DNA of 61,118 bases, the filler included, from Dugesia japonica (lineage: Eukaryota), in NCBI GenBank assembly GCA_001938525.1. It is 6 parts of 6 records of this genome, joined end to end, with 100 filler letters (N's around TTAATTAATTAA, not from the genome) between each part and the next. Parts side by side here need not be neighbours in the genome. Positions count along the whole stretch, not along the records: positions 10,164 to 20,803 come from MQRL01462531.1; positions 20,904 to 29,435 come from MQRL01498241.1; 4 more parts are not named here. One strand, 5' to 3'. Below the pieces are notes generated by a model. The model made no database searches, had not been told where the DNA came from, and was given only the letters and a program-made list of their open reading frames with translations. This document shows, in pieces, positions 13,069 to 25,975 of this stretch (position 1 is the stretch's first letter; the number at the start of each line of letters is the position of its first letter). Both the position numbers and the translations under genes were made by a program.

Positions 13069-14249
13069 TAAAAAAAAATTAATTTTTAAAATTTAAAAAA
13101 CAGGCTAAGTATTTAAACAACTACATTTCCTCAAATAATAAATTTATTAAATAATTTTAGATTTAACAAATGATTAAAAATAAAGCCGAAGTTTGAAATT
13201 TTCATTTTTACTTTTATATTAATGAATGCGAAGATTGTGTTGTTTCCAATTTCTAGATTGTTCAATATTTTTGTATAATTGTTATTGTAACTGATGCATT
13301 TCGTTACCTGCTTTCTCCAATTGATTTCGTATTATTTCCTTTTTTGTGTGTGTTTGGGTTACTTAGGTGTTTTTAAAAAGTAGTTCAAGTCGAGTGTCTG
13401 TGTGAAAGAGTGAGTTTGGACACGAGTTGGAGCTGGAGATCGTAGAAATAATTTTTTTTAGTTTTTAAGATTTGGTTGTTGTTGGACAAAAATTCTGCCT
13501 ATACATTGTCTAAAGGACTTTTGAGGTTGGATGAATGGTTTACCCTAGGACTATGGTAGCGCATGGGCACAGTGATGAGTTATCATGGGGTGTTTTTTGG
13601 GAGGGTGTATATTTGTATGGAGTTGTTGGATCTTGTTGGTTGATGGGTTATTGGAGAGGTAATATGATGGTGAATATTTGTGATGTCGATTGTGTTTTAA
13701 TTTCTGATTGGTTGATATTTGTAAGTAGTATAAAAGTGTTAAAAAAAATTTCGGAGGGGGATGCTAGTTTGTGTGGATAGAGAATCAATTATTGGATTTT
13801 AAGATTTATTTAAAATTTTTCGGGAGGGAGTGTGCGACATATTAATGTTTTGAAATCTTTATTTTAGTTTAAAATGCTGTATTTTGCTTAAAATGATGAA
13901 TTTATTGAACGTAACGGTATTTTTGTAAAAATGATGTATTTTTGAGTATTTTTTGAGTGAAAAGGGTTGTTTTTAATATTTTCTGAACAGGGAATATTAG
14001 AGTCTTGTAATTTTTTGAATTTTTTTTTGGCGAGAAATTAAAAAATTTTTTTTTGGTGGGAGATTTACAAATTTTTCTATTCTGATGAGAAATTAAATTT
14101 GTTTTTTTGGGCAGACTTTATATTTTGCATGGTATGGGGGAGTCTCTTTATTTTACATTATATGGATAGTCCTGATCTTTGATAAGATATTATTACAAGA
14201 TATCGGGAAGTCTTGATATTTTGATATTATTGCATGATATGAGCAGTCT

Positions 14250-14730
14250 TGATATTCAATTAATCATTAAATTATCAATATTTTATTATTAATCAATTTA
14301 ATTATTAATCATTAAATCATTATAGGATACATTTTCAATAAATAATTACAAATTTGTTTTCAAAATTATTAATAGTTAATAAACAATTCCTATTGTAAAT
14401 TAAATTTTATTTAAAATTTTTTAGGATAAAAATAGAAAACGAATTAAAATACACATTATCTAATTTAATTTTCAAAATTACAAATAGAAAATATAGAACA
14501 GGATAAATAATTAAATACTCATTAAACAGTAAATTTATCATTAGTGATGAGTAAGTGTAAAAAAATCATTGATAACTAAAAATCAGAGAACAGTAAACAA
14601 TAAACAGAGAACTGATAATTGAAATCTTGTGTATAGAGTGCAGAAATTTGATAACAGAAATCTACTCGGCAGAGCACTAGTGCACAGAGCTTTGATAACT
14701 AAGATCAGGTTAAGAGTAAAATTTCATCTA
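14250..14730 (-). repeat. Dispersed repeat, inverted copy of ~43570-44000
   Basis: AAAATTACAAATAGAAAATATAGAACAG and TGCACAGAGCTTTGATAACT...AAGAGTAAAATTTCATC match the reverse complement of 43570-43870; boundaries approximate. Confidence 0.7.
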
Positions 14731-14845
14731 AAAAACTCGCCTCTTTGAATATGTTATCATGCTAATTTTAGACTGCCCAATATGTAGCAATAATGAATGC
14801 AATACAGCAACACGTGCATGGTAATTTTTATTGACTTTTTAAAAA

Positions 14846-15275
14846 AATAAATGCAATAGGTATGCAAAACGATTGAAACACACATACTCTGAAAATCACA
14901 TGGCTATAAATTTTAGACTGTTTCATTTTGATATTATTGCATGATATAAGCAGTCTTGATATTTTGTAGTAAATGGGCTAGTCTTGATATTTTTGTAAGA
15001 GATTGGACAGTCTTGATTGAAGCATTATTGATTATTTCTTTAAAGTTTACTTTAGATGGGCCAGTCTTAATATTATTGTAGGATATTGAGTAGTCTTGAT
15101 ATTTTAAAAGAGGTTTAGGCATTATTAATAGTTTAAAAAATAATTTTACATTAGATGGGACAGTCTTGATATTTTGCAAGGGATGAAACAGTCTTAAATT
15201 TATAGCCATGTGATTTTCAGAGTATGTGTGTTTCATACTCATGACATCTGAGTTGCTTACCTATTGCATTTATTT
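14846..15275. repeat. Foldback (MITE-like) element enclosing a ~28-bp minisatellite
   Basis: 53-bp inverted arms 14874-14926 / 15183-15235 (one mismatch), outer arms ATAAATGCAATAGGTA, and internal CAGTCTTGATATT repeats. Confidence 0.7.
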
Positions 15276-17011
15276 CATTAAAATATATAGACCGGTGATT
15301 AAAATATAGACTAATTTTATAAAGGTTTGTTAAATTTCCATTAATTGCCTTAATTTTCTTAAGTTTCATAATATTCGTTAATCTATCTAAAGCTAATGAA
15401 AATTAATTAATTTCACAAAATTTATTTAAATTTCAAAGTTTTTCCTAAGTCGCTTTAATTCCACTAAAATTTATTTATTATAATAGGTTTAAAAAATTTA
15501 TAGTTTTCATTAGATGTATTTTGTTGGAATGGTTTCATAGATTTCAATGGTTGCATTTAATGGTTATAATAAAATAGTGGAAAACAATGAGTTAATATNN
15601 NNNNNNNNNNNNNNNATTTGTTAAATTTGTACAATTTGTACATAAATTTCCATTATTTTTCTTAATTTCCTCAAGTTTTATAAATTTCAGGGCTTAGCAA
15701 TTGTATTTACACAATAGGTTAATGAATACAGAAAGCCAGTAAATACAATAAATAGGTGGATACAGCAAAATAATAGGTACAGAAAACTAAGGTGACACAG
15801 TAAACCCATGTGTTTCAATAAAACTCTTGTGTGTATAAGTAGATAAAGTAAAGCCAATGAACAACACACATTATATAACATGAAGTATTTTATCGCAATA
15901 CCTGATCGAATCAGTCAATTAAAGTAAATTATTGAATTATTTTTAGACTGCTAATAGAATCCAAACCAACATGATTTCAAATAAATCTTTTCATTTAAAA
16001 TATATGTATGTTTTTAGTATTATTTAAATATAAATTGAATTATTTTAATGTTTCAAAATTTTATGAAGCTGATTATATTTGTAAAATAGATTCACCAAAT
16101 GCATTAATTTAAAATAATTGTCAATATAATAAAGCAAAAGATACTTAAAAAGAAAATTTATTTTAAAATAAATTTTTAATTCAAATAATGTTTTTATTGT
16201 GTATTTCGATATTTTTTATTACTATTTTTTAAAAATTTGAATTTTGCGTGTAATTGCTACTAATAGTAATATTTAAATATTTTATCATGTTTTCAATATA
16301 ATTTTATTATTTTTAGTTTTTTCTGTGTAAATANNNNNNNNNNNNNNNNNNNNNNNNNNNNNNNNNNNNNNNNNNNNNNNNNNNNNNNNNNNNNNNNNNN
16401 NNNNNNNTTACTCGAAAAATCATGAATTTACAATAAAATGAACAAATTTTGATAAATAAATTAAAATGAAATAAAACTAACACATGAAATAAAATGAATA
16501 AAAGGAAGCATTTTTTACTATAAGTCCTTCAAGCAATGTATATGTAGTATTTCATTCTGATTTTAATGATGTAAAAATAATATTATGTCGTAATTATAAT
16601 TATAAATATAACCAATAATTAAATATTATTTCTAGAACCATCAATTTTTTCATTAGTAATTTATTAAGCAATGTATAAATAGTTTTTGTTTTTAATTCTT
16701 AATCTAATGGCACTAATTTCAAATACATACGATTACTATAAACTGATAAATTTATAACATAGTGCTTGACTTTGCTGTGTATTATTTAAACTATATACTG
16801 TGTATGTACGTCTTTACTGTCTATATACAAGTACTATTATGCTATAATGATCATAATAAAAAATAATAATGCATGAAAACAATAAACAATGTGTTAATTA
16901 ATAAATTTTGTTATTTTGAATTGTGTTTTTATTCATACCATTGATAAAAATTAACAAACTAGTGTATAAATAAATGAAAACAAATAAACAAAATAAGGTT
17001 TAAAACATTTA

Positions 17012-17683
17012 TTAATCACAATCTTGAATAGTTTTTATCTTCCAAACATGGCTAATTGTACTGTCATATCTTTTAAATCCTTTGAATATTACATTTATCA
17101 AATACTTTTTATCACTCGTAAAGCTATTTTCATCTGATTCATTATCATTTATAAATGGTACATCATCTATTTTTAACATATTAACAATTCTTGATAAAAG
17201 ATTGTTGATTATTGTCTTGTCCTCTGGACTGATTTCCAATACTTGCATACTGAATGAACATCTTTTCAGTTTAACTGGTTCCTAAATTATAATAATAACA
17301 GTAATAATAGTTACAAATTTTACTCGGAATGCAAAAATAATCGGCTTTAGGAAGAAATTCATCTTGAACTGAAAATAATCTCTAGGCAATCAAGAATCAA
17401 TTACAATTGTCATAATATTGTCCTTGGTAAGGATAACTTGTTGCATGCATATTTCTGCCTTTTTCAACTCCAAATAGGTTTTGTAACATTACCAATTTTC
17501 TTGTATCCTAGTATGTCCACTATGATTATACATTTGTTGATGATTATTTTCTTTGAATCAATGAAAACACTATCTTTTATTATTGTCAAATTTTGATAGA
17601 ATATCATTGATAGCCGTTTGATCAGCTTTGATAATGTTTGTTAACTGCAAGGTATATTTAGATTTGAGTAGATTTACTTGTTC
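17012..17683 (-). pseudogene. Two tandem paralogous exons/ORFs of unknown function
   Basis: EQVNLLKSKYTLQLTNIIKADQTAINDILSK (from 17683) aligns with EPVKLKRCSFSMQVLEISPEDKTIINNLLSR (from 17281); both follow TTTAG. Confidence 0.5.
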
Positions 17684-18649
17684 CTAAATAGAAATTAATT
17701 ATTGCAATGATAAAATTGAATGTTGCTTGAAAGGAATAGGTGATTGGCTTGTCGAAGTATGTCTTCTTTGATTTGAAACCAATGGCTGTTGCATTATCTT
17801 TCGATTCTTGCATTTTCACTAATGAAATAATATATATCGACTTGGTTTATATAGTAGCTATTTATGTGTACATGATTTGTAATGCTTTTGATTAATGTAA
17901 TATGTATGATTAATTACCTTTTGTATAACCTTTGATCCTATGATGTCATGAAAATGTTTTTATTTCTATGTATGTGTATATGATTAATTGATTTTAAATA
18001 ATATAAACGAAAAGTAACTTATTAACTTTTATTAAGTTTAACTTATTTTCAATGAATATTGATAAAATTATAGAAAACATGGTGGAGTATATCAATCTTA
18101 ATTATTCCTTTTCCAAGTAATCAGTCAAAGTAGAGAAAGAAGTTAACTTGGCTGATAATTTACGTGAAAAATTAACGAATAGTTATAAAACCATTGATCA
18201 AAGTTAAAACACGAAGAATTTTATTAATTATTATTTCAATAATTATATACATTTCTTTCTGTGTGTCAATAAAAACTGGTACAATATAAACCAACTCAAA
18301 TTTGTTCAATAAAGATTAACTATTTATTGAAATAAATCTTGCTATATCAATAATTTCTTTTTTTTCATTATAACCAAAAGTGTTTTAAGAAAAGTAAAAT
18401 TAAAATCTTATATAGTTTTTTATTCTTTTGAATTGTTTAAAAATACGTAAAAAATTATTATTATTTTGATTATAATTATAATTTATAATTAATTATATAA
18501 TATTTCTTGAACGAAGAATTGTTTTTTACTGTAAAACCTATAAGAAATATGTTCAGATTTTTATTCTGAGTTCAACGATATCAAATTTGTTTGCTTATCA
18601 TAATTACTCCCAGAGCAAATAATTTATTTTAATTAATAATTAAGTTACT

Positions 18650-18840
18650 TTTGTATTTTTTCGAAAAAGTTATGAAATCCGGGAGGACAGCTATATATCT
18701 TCGTTAGGAAACATTTTTTTCCGAGACGATATTTTAACTTTGTACAGTCACTTTTTCCTCCTGAGTAAAATAATACCAAATTTGTGTCGATAGCTGTTAT
18801 CTGCGCATAGAGGTCTGAGCACTAAACTCTAAATTTTGAA
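18650..18840 (-). repeat. Dispersed repeat, inverted copy of ~43200-43400
   Basis: CAGTCACTTTTTCCTCCTGAGTAAAATAATACCAAATTTG...TAGCTGTTATCTGCG...AGAGGTCTGAG matches the reverse complement of 43225-43300. Confidence 0.8.
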
Positions 18841-19156
18841 ATTTTATCAANACCAAATCTCATTTATTTAAATTTTTAAAAGTTTAATATTTTGAATCCT
18901 TTAAACAAATTCGTCTATTTCCCCATGAATTTCCGTAAAGAATTCTACCCAAACAGACCAACCCGAGGGTTTGCTCAAAAAACATAGAAAATTGATCATT
19001 GTGAGTAAATAATCAACCAAGTTAACCCATACAAAGTAAATAATAGACCAAATCGTCCAAAACTGACCCAAATTGAATATTCCTGAGGAAATTATTACCA
19101 CAAATCATAGAGAATTGACCCTTGTGAGTAAATAATTCATCAAGATTACCCTTAAC

Positions 19157-19250
19157 CTTCGGGTATTTACATTGGAAAAGTTACGTAAATTTTTTACACA
19201 CGTAGGGTTACTGGATGTGTGCTGAGGTTTACCGCCACTATCCATCTACT
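19157..19250 (-). mobile_element. Polinton-type terminus (5'-AGTAGATGGATAGTGGCGG), abutting a truncated penton gene
   Basis: Reverse complement matches 41799-41901; similarity stops exactly at AGTAGAT in both copies. Confidence 0.6.
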
Positions 19251-19252
19251 CT

Positions 19253-19543
19253 AGAATATTAAAGTGTTATAATGAATTATTCATCTATTGTAGTATTGTT
19301 GAACCTATATATATTGGAGATGTTAATATTCCTTTATTGAAAGCAGTATGAATAGGAAAACATGAGAATGATGGTATAGTTCAAATAATTGTTGATCATC
19401 CAATGTATTTACCTATTTCTTCGTCATATATAAACAATATAGAAATCAATATACGTGATGATAGTGGAAAATTAGTCAACTTTTCTGAAGACTCAAAAGC
19501 ACATTTAACGTTACATTTTAGAAAAATTAATGATGAATCCTGA
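19253..19543 (+). pseudogene. Polinton/adintovirus minor capsid protein (penton), C-terminal part
   Basis: LFIYCSIVEPIYIGDVNIPLLKAV*...HPMYLPISSSYINNIEINIRDDSGKLVNF...LTLHFRK; one internal stop. Confidence 0.85.
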
Positions 19544-19958
19544 TATTGTATCATTGTATAGTACTAGTCAAGTAGGTAGAGAATTAGCTTACTTTATTGG
19601 AAAACAGTATAGATCTGGGTGTAGATAGGGAGATTTGCTTTGCCTATTCTTAAACGTATTGGTACTTTTGGTATGAAAACAGCTCAGGATGTACTAGCTA
19701 ATGATGGAAAAATTGTTATCAAATGCATTAACTGAATTTGTAAATGTAGTTTATTCCTTACCTAGTGGTGTTACCAGTATGATTTCAAAGGTAGCAGGTA
19801 TATTACTAAAATGTATAACTAATAAAATACCATTTGCAATAACTAATATGCTATCAAATCAATCTAAAACAGAACCACCTAATAAAAAACCTAAAAACTC
19901 ACATGCATCACGTATAAACAAACAAATGAGAGGACATGGTACAATATTTGAAAAATGA
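19530..19958 (+). pseudogene. Polinton virion core-type protein (GxG cleavage motifs, amphipathic helix)
   Basis: QVGRELAYFIGKQYRSG...GRFALPILKRIGTFGMKTAQDVL...RGHG, located between penton and MCP; frameshifted. Confidence 0.6.
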
Positions 19959-20803
19959 TCATCTCCTCAAGCTGTAATTGAAAATGGTAGTTCCACAGAT
20001 GTCTTCCCTATGAATTCAATTTCTAAATCACATAGTGATGTAGAGTTTTTTATAAGTTGATCTCAAACAGAATTTTTTGATTTGAATGATACTTTATTGT
20101 ATATTAAATTAAAAATAGTTGATAAGGATGATAAAGATTTGACTAATACGGATAATTCGGTGCCTAGTAATTATATGTTGCATACACTTTTAAAGGATGT
20201 AATTCTTTAGTTTAATAATTTCAAAACTAAAGGTGAAAATGGATCTTATCTTCACAAAGCATTGATTGAAACTATAATTAATTATAATGGTGATAGTAAA
20301 AATATCTGCCTTACAGCAATGGGATATGGATCAAAAGAAGATAGAAAAAAGTCTATTGCAAAATTAAAACAATTATCTNNNNNNNGTTATTTGGAACTCA
20401 ATTTCATGGATCAACTAAAATACCTTATTCCTGGTGTCAATGTTCATATTCGATTGAAACGAGCAGATGCTAATATTTGTTTAGAATCTGCAGCCAATCA
20501 ACATAAATATGTATTACTAAATGCAAAATTAATGGTTAGACGTATACGCGTTGAACTATCAGTACCAGTTGCTCATCAATTGGGCCTAAAAAAGAAAAAT
20601 GCTGCTTATCCAATATGAAACAAGGAAATCGTTGCATTTGCAATTAGTAAAGATAGTTCATCGTTTTATAAGGAACACATCTTTGATGATTGACGATTAC
20701 CTAGCTTTATTCTGGTTACATTTTAAAACGGTGAACAATATAATGATAGTTATAAAAGCTCGAGTTCAACATTTAAAAATCTACATGCTGTTTCCGTTTC
20801 CTT
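19959..20803 (+). pseudogene. Polinton/adintovirus major capsid protein (hexon, double jelly-roll)
   Basis: VEFFIS*SQTEFFDLNDTLLYIKLKI...VPSNYMLHTL...ALIETIINY...QLKYLIPGVNVHIRLKR...AKLMVRRI; stops and frameshifts, truncated at the spacer. Confidence 0.88.
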
Positions 20804-20903
20804 NNNNNNNNNNNNNNNNNNNNNNNNNNNNNNNNNNNNNNNNNNNNTTAATTAATTAANNNNNNNNNNNNNNNNNNNNNNNNNNNNNNNNNNNNNNNNN
20901 NNN
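20804..20903. other. Assembly contig spacer
   Basis: N44-TTAATTAATTAA-N44. Confidence 0.97.
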
Positions 20904-23086
20904 TGCATTATAAATTTCATTTCAGCATTGGAGTCAATAGCAAAAACCAAGGTCACAACATGGTATGAAAATGCAAATGTGCCAATGTCTCCTCTAACAA
21001 CTCAACAAATGGCAGATTTTGAGAATGCAAATGAATGTTATTTATGTAAGAAGAAAAAGACGACAACTTTCAATAAATTTGTAAGAGATCATTGCCATAT
21101 TTGCGGTCAATATCTTTTAGCCTCTTGCAATGAATGCAAGACATGAGCAGACAAATCAGATGCATGTTGCCAGTATTTTTTTTACAACCTTAAAGGATAT
21201 GATCTACACCATATCCTCAAGCATGCAATCAGCAAGTTTGCCTGTTATAATTTAAGTGTGATCCCGCAAACGAAAGAAACGTTTTCAGCACTAACTGCAT
21301 ACATCAAAATAGACAAATGAAAAACCATATCCATCAAATTTTTGGATTCATTTCAATTTTTATCAGCATCGTTGAAGACACTAGCATCAAACTTGCAAGA
21401 TTATCCGCGGACAAAAACAGCATTCACCACAAATATCATAAAAGGAAAAGGTGTGTTTCCATACACATTAGCTAAATCATTTCAAGAACGGAAATCAATC
21501 ACCAGATTACCATCAAAATGGGATAATATCACCGATGAAGAATATGACGATGCCAATCAAGTTTGGGAGCAATATAAATGTGCCAATTTGTTGCAGTATA
21601 TGTTAATATATATGAAATTGGACATATATTTATTGGCTGATATTTTTGAACGATTTCGATCTCAAGTCAAGGAACAAGATGGACTCAAATCAGCCAATTT
21701 TATTTCAATTCCGGCTTTATGTTGGGCTACGGCGATCAAAACATGCCCACTTAAAATTGAATTGTTACAAGACCCGGAGTTGTACTTTTTTTCCAGTCAG
21801 GTATTAGAGGAGGGATGACCTTCGTTAATAAACATAAGGTCATCGCAGATGACAATACAAGTCTCCTATATATTGACATCAACAACCTTTATGGCTGGGC
21901 GTTGAGTCAGCCATTACTATATGGTAATTTCGAATGGATTGTCGACGAAGAACATTTGAAGACTCTGATTGAAATCCTGCCTTATTTGGATACTGAAAAT
22001 GATGAACGTGGACTGGTTTTCGAGGTAGATTTAGAAATTTCACCTGAGGAACACTGCAAGTTGGACCAATTGCCACTTGCTCCTATAAATAAATGTCCAC
22101 CAGGAAGTAGAGGTAAAAAGTTACTTTTGACCCATGAAACGAAGAAATATTATGTCATTCATTATCGTCTCTTACAGTTATTTATGAAATTGGGTGCAAA
22201 AGTTGAGAAGATACATAAAGCAGTATCAATCAGTCAAGGGTGTATTTTCAAATCGTACATTGAATTTAATTCCGAAAAAAGAGCGAAAAGTGTCAACGCA
22301 TTCGAGAAAGACTTTTATAAATTGAAAAACAACAGTTTTTATGGAAAAACTGTCGAAAATNNNNNNNNNNNNNNNNNNNNNNNNNNNNNNNNNNNNNNNN
22401 NNNNNNNNNNNNNNNNNNNNNNNNNNNNNNNNNNNNNNNNNNNNNNNNNNNNNNNNNNNNNNNNNNNNNNNNNNNNNNNNNNNNNNNNNNNNNNNNNNNN
22501 NNNNNNNNNNNNNNNNNNNNNNNNNNNNNNNNNNNNNNNNNNNNNNNNNNNNNNNNNNNNNNNNNNNNNNNNNNNNNNNNNNNNNNNNNNNNNNNAAATC
22601 AACATCATCGCAGGGGATACAGATAGCTTCTTTCTCGAATGTAAAAATGTCAATCAGCGAAATCAGTTACTCCTAGCAATTATAGAAGTCCGGCTTTTGG
22701 ACACCTCCAATTTCAAAAAAGATGATCTGCTTTATTCATCATCATTAACTGCGGTCATCGGTAAATTTAAGGATGAAAATGAAGGCCGATCAAATTTCAA
22801 AGAATGGATTTTTCTTCGTCCGAAATCGTATTCGCTGCAAACGGATACCGAAACCAAGATGAAAAGTAAAGGTTTATCCTTAAAACAAACATCGATAAAG
22901 CATCAAGATTATGTGGATGCCTATGAAAATGGAAAAGAAAAAAGAGTGGANCAAACAAGAATTGGATCGGTGAATCACCAGCTCTTCACCATTAAATCAT
23001 CAAAGAAAGCGCTGGATCCATTTGATGACAAGAGGAAATGGACTGGGAAAACAGCAGTGTGGCATATAGTCACTATTCTATATTGA
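20904..23086 (+). pseudogene. Polinton protein-primed family B DNA polymerase (element 1)
   Basis: CYLC...VRDHCHICG zinc insert, YNLKGYD, FLDSFQFLSASL, KGVFPY, YIDINNLYG, KLKNNSFYGKT, GDTDS, LRPKSY, FDDKR; split by frameshifts. Confidence 0.93.
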
Positions 23087-23629
23087 TCGAATGAGCAAAT
23101 GTATGTATCTATGAATATATTATGTGAATATGATTAAAAAGATCAAATATATGTATTAATTTTGTTTTTGTATTTTTTATTAATTTTGTTTTCATGTCTT
23201 TTTTTTATTAATAGTAATTAAAATTAAATGTAAATAATAATAATAAAAACATTAAGACAAACATGTGTCATCTATTAAATACATTAAAAAAATACATTAT
23301 TTTGTAAGTGTGTGTGTGTGTGTATAGAACTGTAAAAAACTTGTAAAATATTATATTTTTAACTAGAAAATGGATATTATAATTAACCTAGAAAAAAGAA
23401 AATTAAAATAATGAAACTTAAATTCAAAAATATAGATTTTTATTTTTTAAATTTAGTATATAATTTGTCCTAAATTTTGGACATTGAAATAATATCATTT
23501 GTTCTAGATATTGGACATTTAAAATTTATCAAAAAATAAAATTTTTCAAAAATAAAATTTAACTTTTCAAGTTTTTTTTTTATTTCTTCTCACAAAAAAT
23601 TCTTGTTTTCAATACAAAAATAATTTTTC

Positions 23630-24461
23630 AAAAAACTATTTCGCAAGTCGCTCAAAAACATGGGAGGACACAAGGACGGAATCTTTAGAACAGTATATCG
23701 TCACCAACATTGAACATAAAAAGATTTTAAAAATACCATAAATCTCCCCATATTTTTCTTAATTTTTTCAAATTTTCAAATTTTTAAATTTCCAAAAATA
23801 TATTTTAGATTTTTCAGAAAAAAAATTTTCAAAAATATTAAAAAAAAATTTTCTTCCAATTAAAAATAATCAACTGTCTCCGACCACACACCGTTCATCC
23901 ACTTCAACAATTACCTAAACTCCAATCCTCTTTGTTCCTAAAAACCCCATAAAACCATAACTTTCCACGTTACCATAGCAACCGTCCCATTCTTCGTCAC
24001 CAAGCTCAGAAAAAAATCTATTTCATTTTACAATAAATGTATTAATTTCTCAAAAAACTATATCGCAAGTCACTCAAAAACATAGGAGGACAAGAGGACA
24101 GATTTTTCGGAACCCTATATCGTCACCACCTTTCAAAATAAAAATTTTCAAAAATCGAAAACATATTTTTTATTTTTTCAGAAAAAATTCAAAAATAATT
24201 CGAAAAAAAATTTGGTTGTCATGACAACATGTCCCATAGATACACACACCTTAGTTACACGTTACGAAACCAGTTTTCGTGCATCACCACCCTTAGTTAC
24301 CGCACAAAATCAATTTTCTGTCACCGCGACGGTTGCCATGGAAACGGTCGCGATTTCCGTCGCGATCACGGTCGCAATTTCCGTCGCGATCACGGTCGCT
24401 AAACCGTTTCCAATGGTTACGGTGACCCACCCCGTCTGTCCTCGTGTCCTCCTTTCCTACT
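23630..24461 (+). mobile_element. Right terminal region of Polinton 1 (subterminal repeats, ends ...TTCCTACT)
   Basis: ~80-bp direct repeats at 23631 and 24053, GC-rich CCGTCGCGATCACGGTCGC tandem copies, and an end reading AGTAGG on the - strand where a mariner ORF resumes. Confidence 0.6.
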
Positions 24462-24829
24462 TCTACAGCCGTTAAGAGATCTGCTCGGTGAATCTGTTTA
24501 GATATAAAACCAATCAATTTCTTGATTTTATTGTGACTTGCGACGAAAAATTGATTGTATACGACAATAGAAAACGGGCATCGCAATGTTTGGACGAAGG
24601 CAAAGTAACATACCATTTTCCAAAGCCGAAATTGCATCAAAGGAAGACAATGATGACAGTTTGGTGATGCACAGCCGGTCTGGTTTATTACGACTTTTTA
24701 AATCAAGTTGAAACTATGACGGCAAAAAAATATTGTCAAGAAATTGAAGAAATGCACCGCAAATTGAAATCTATGTGCGCTACATTAGTTAACAGAAAAC
24801 ATCCCATTATTCTTCACAACAATGCCCGG
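24462..24829 (+). pseudogene. Mariner transposase fragment (Hsmar1-like)
   Basis: FLDFIVTCDEKLIVYDNRKRASQ...FPKPKLHQRKTMMTVW*CTAG...KYCQEIEEMHRKL...LVNRKHPIILHNNAR. Confidence 0.92.
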
Positions 24830-25064
24830 AAAATATGTCAAATATATTAGGATTATAAATTTTAAAGTTGCCTAATTACTAAATGTTTCTAAAAGTCATC
24901 CATCCGGATTATTTTTGCTAAATAACTAAATATTAAAATATAAATATGAGAAAATTATTATCTTCATATAAATGTTTTGTGATAATAAGTCAAACAAACA
25001 CAGAAATTCAATTGAAATCCTAAAAAATACATCTAAATCATCGTTTGCTATTTGCCTTCCAATT

Positions 25065-25975
25065 ATGGAAAATGGCACATGAAGTAATGGAAATTATTAT
25101 TTTTACTCGGTATATTGGTTAAAAAACATCTAAATATGATACAGACAATTAAGAGGAGGAAATTTGGACCTTCAAATTCTCAACGCTCTGGGCGATATAC
25201 GTATTTTGCAAATAATGAGCTGGAAAATGTTTTGGATGAAAATTCATNCTAGATTTCAGAAACACTTGCTAAANAACATAGCGTTGCTCAAATGATCGTA
25301 TTAATCCAACTGAAACATCTTGNAATGATTTNAAAAGTTTGCAGATGAGTGCCACATAATCTTACTCCAGAAAACAAGAATAGACGATACTAAATTACAT
25401 TGTCTCTCCTAATTAGAATTAATTAATTCTGAACAAGATCCTAACGAGAGATGAATATTGTCTATATTATAAAAATATCAAATGAAGAAAATCCCTGTGA
25501 ACCTTCCTCGACAGTTGTCAAACCCAATAGCTATGGAAGTAAAGCTTTGCTCAAAGCAACTTTTCATTTAATGGTATTACGTAAGAGCGATAAACGAAGA
25601 GTTTCTGAAATAACGCAAAACCATCACATCGAAAAGATACAAAAGCCAATTGAAAGCGTCGCTCAATAAAATAGGCCATTTAATGATGATGGAATCAGGT
25701 CTGTCATTCTTCTGCATGATAATACCCGATCTCATATGTCAAACACTACTGTTGACTAAATATTATCATTCGGCTTAATCGCCTGAAATGTTGACATCGG
25801 ATTATTATTTATTTTGATCTCTCCAACATCACTTGGCTGATTCGTGGTTTGAAACGATTGATGAAGACCAAAAGTCTATCTCAAATCAAATGGATTCAAA
25901 ACTCACCATCTTTCGGAAACTTTTTTTAAAATGGTTTACCATTAATAGCCAATGAAGGAGATTATTTCTCAGATT
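25065..25975 (+). pseudogene. Second, highly decayed mariner transposase
   Basis: R*VPHNLT (WVPHEL motif), VILLHDNTRSH, SPEMLTSDYYLF*SLQHHL (YSPDLAPSD motif), ANEGDYF. Confidence 0.85.
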
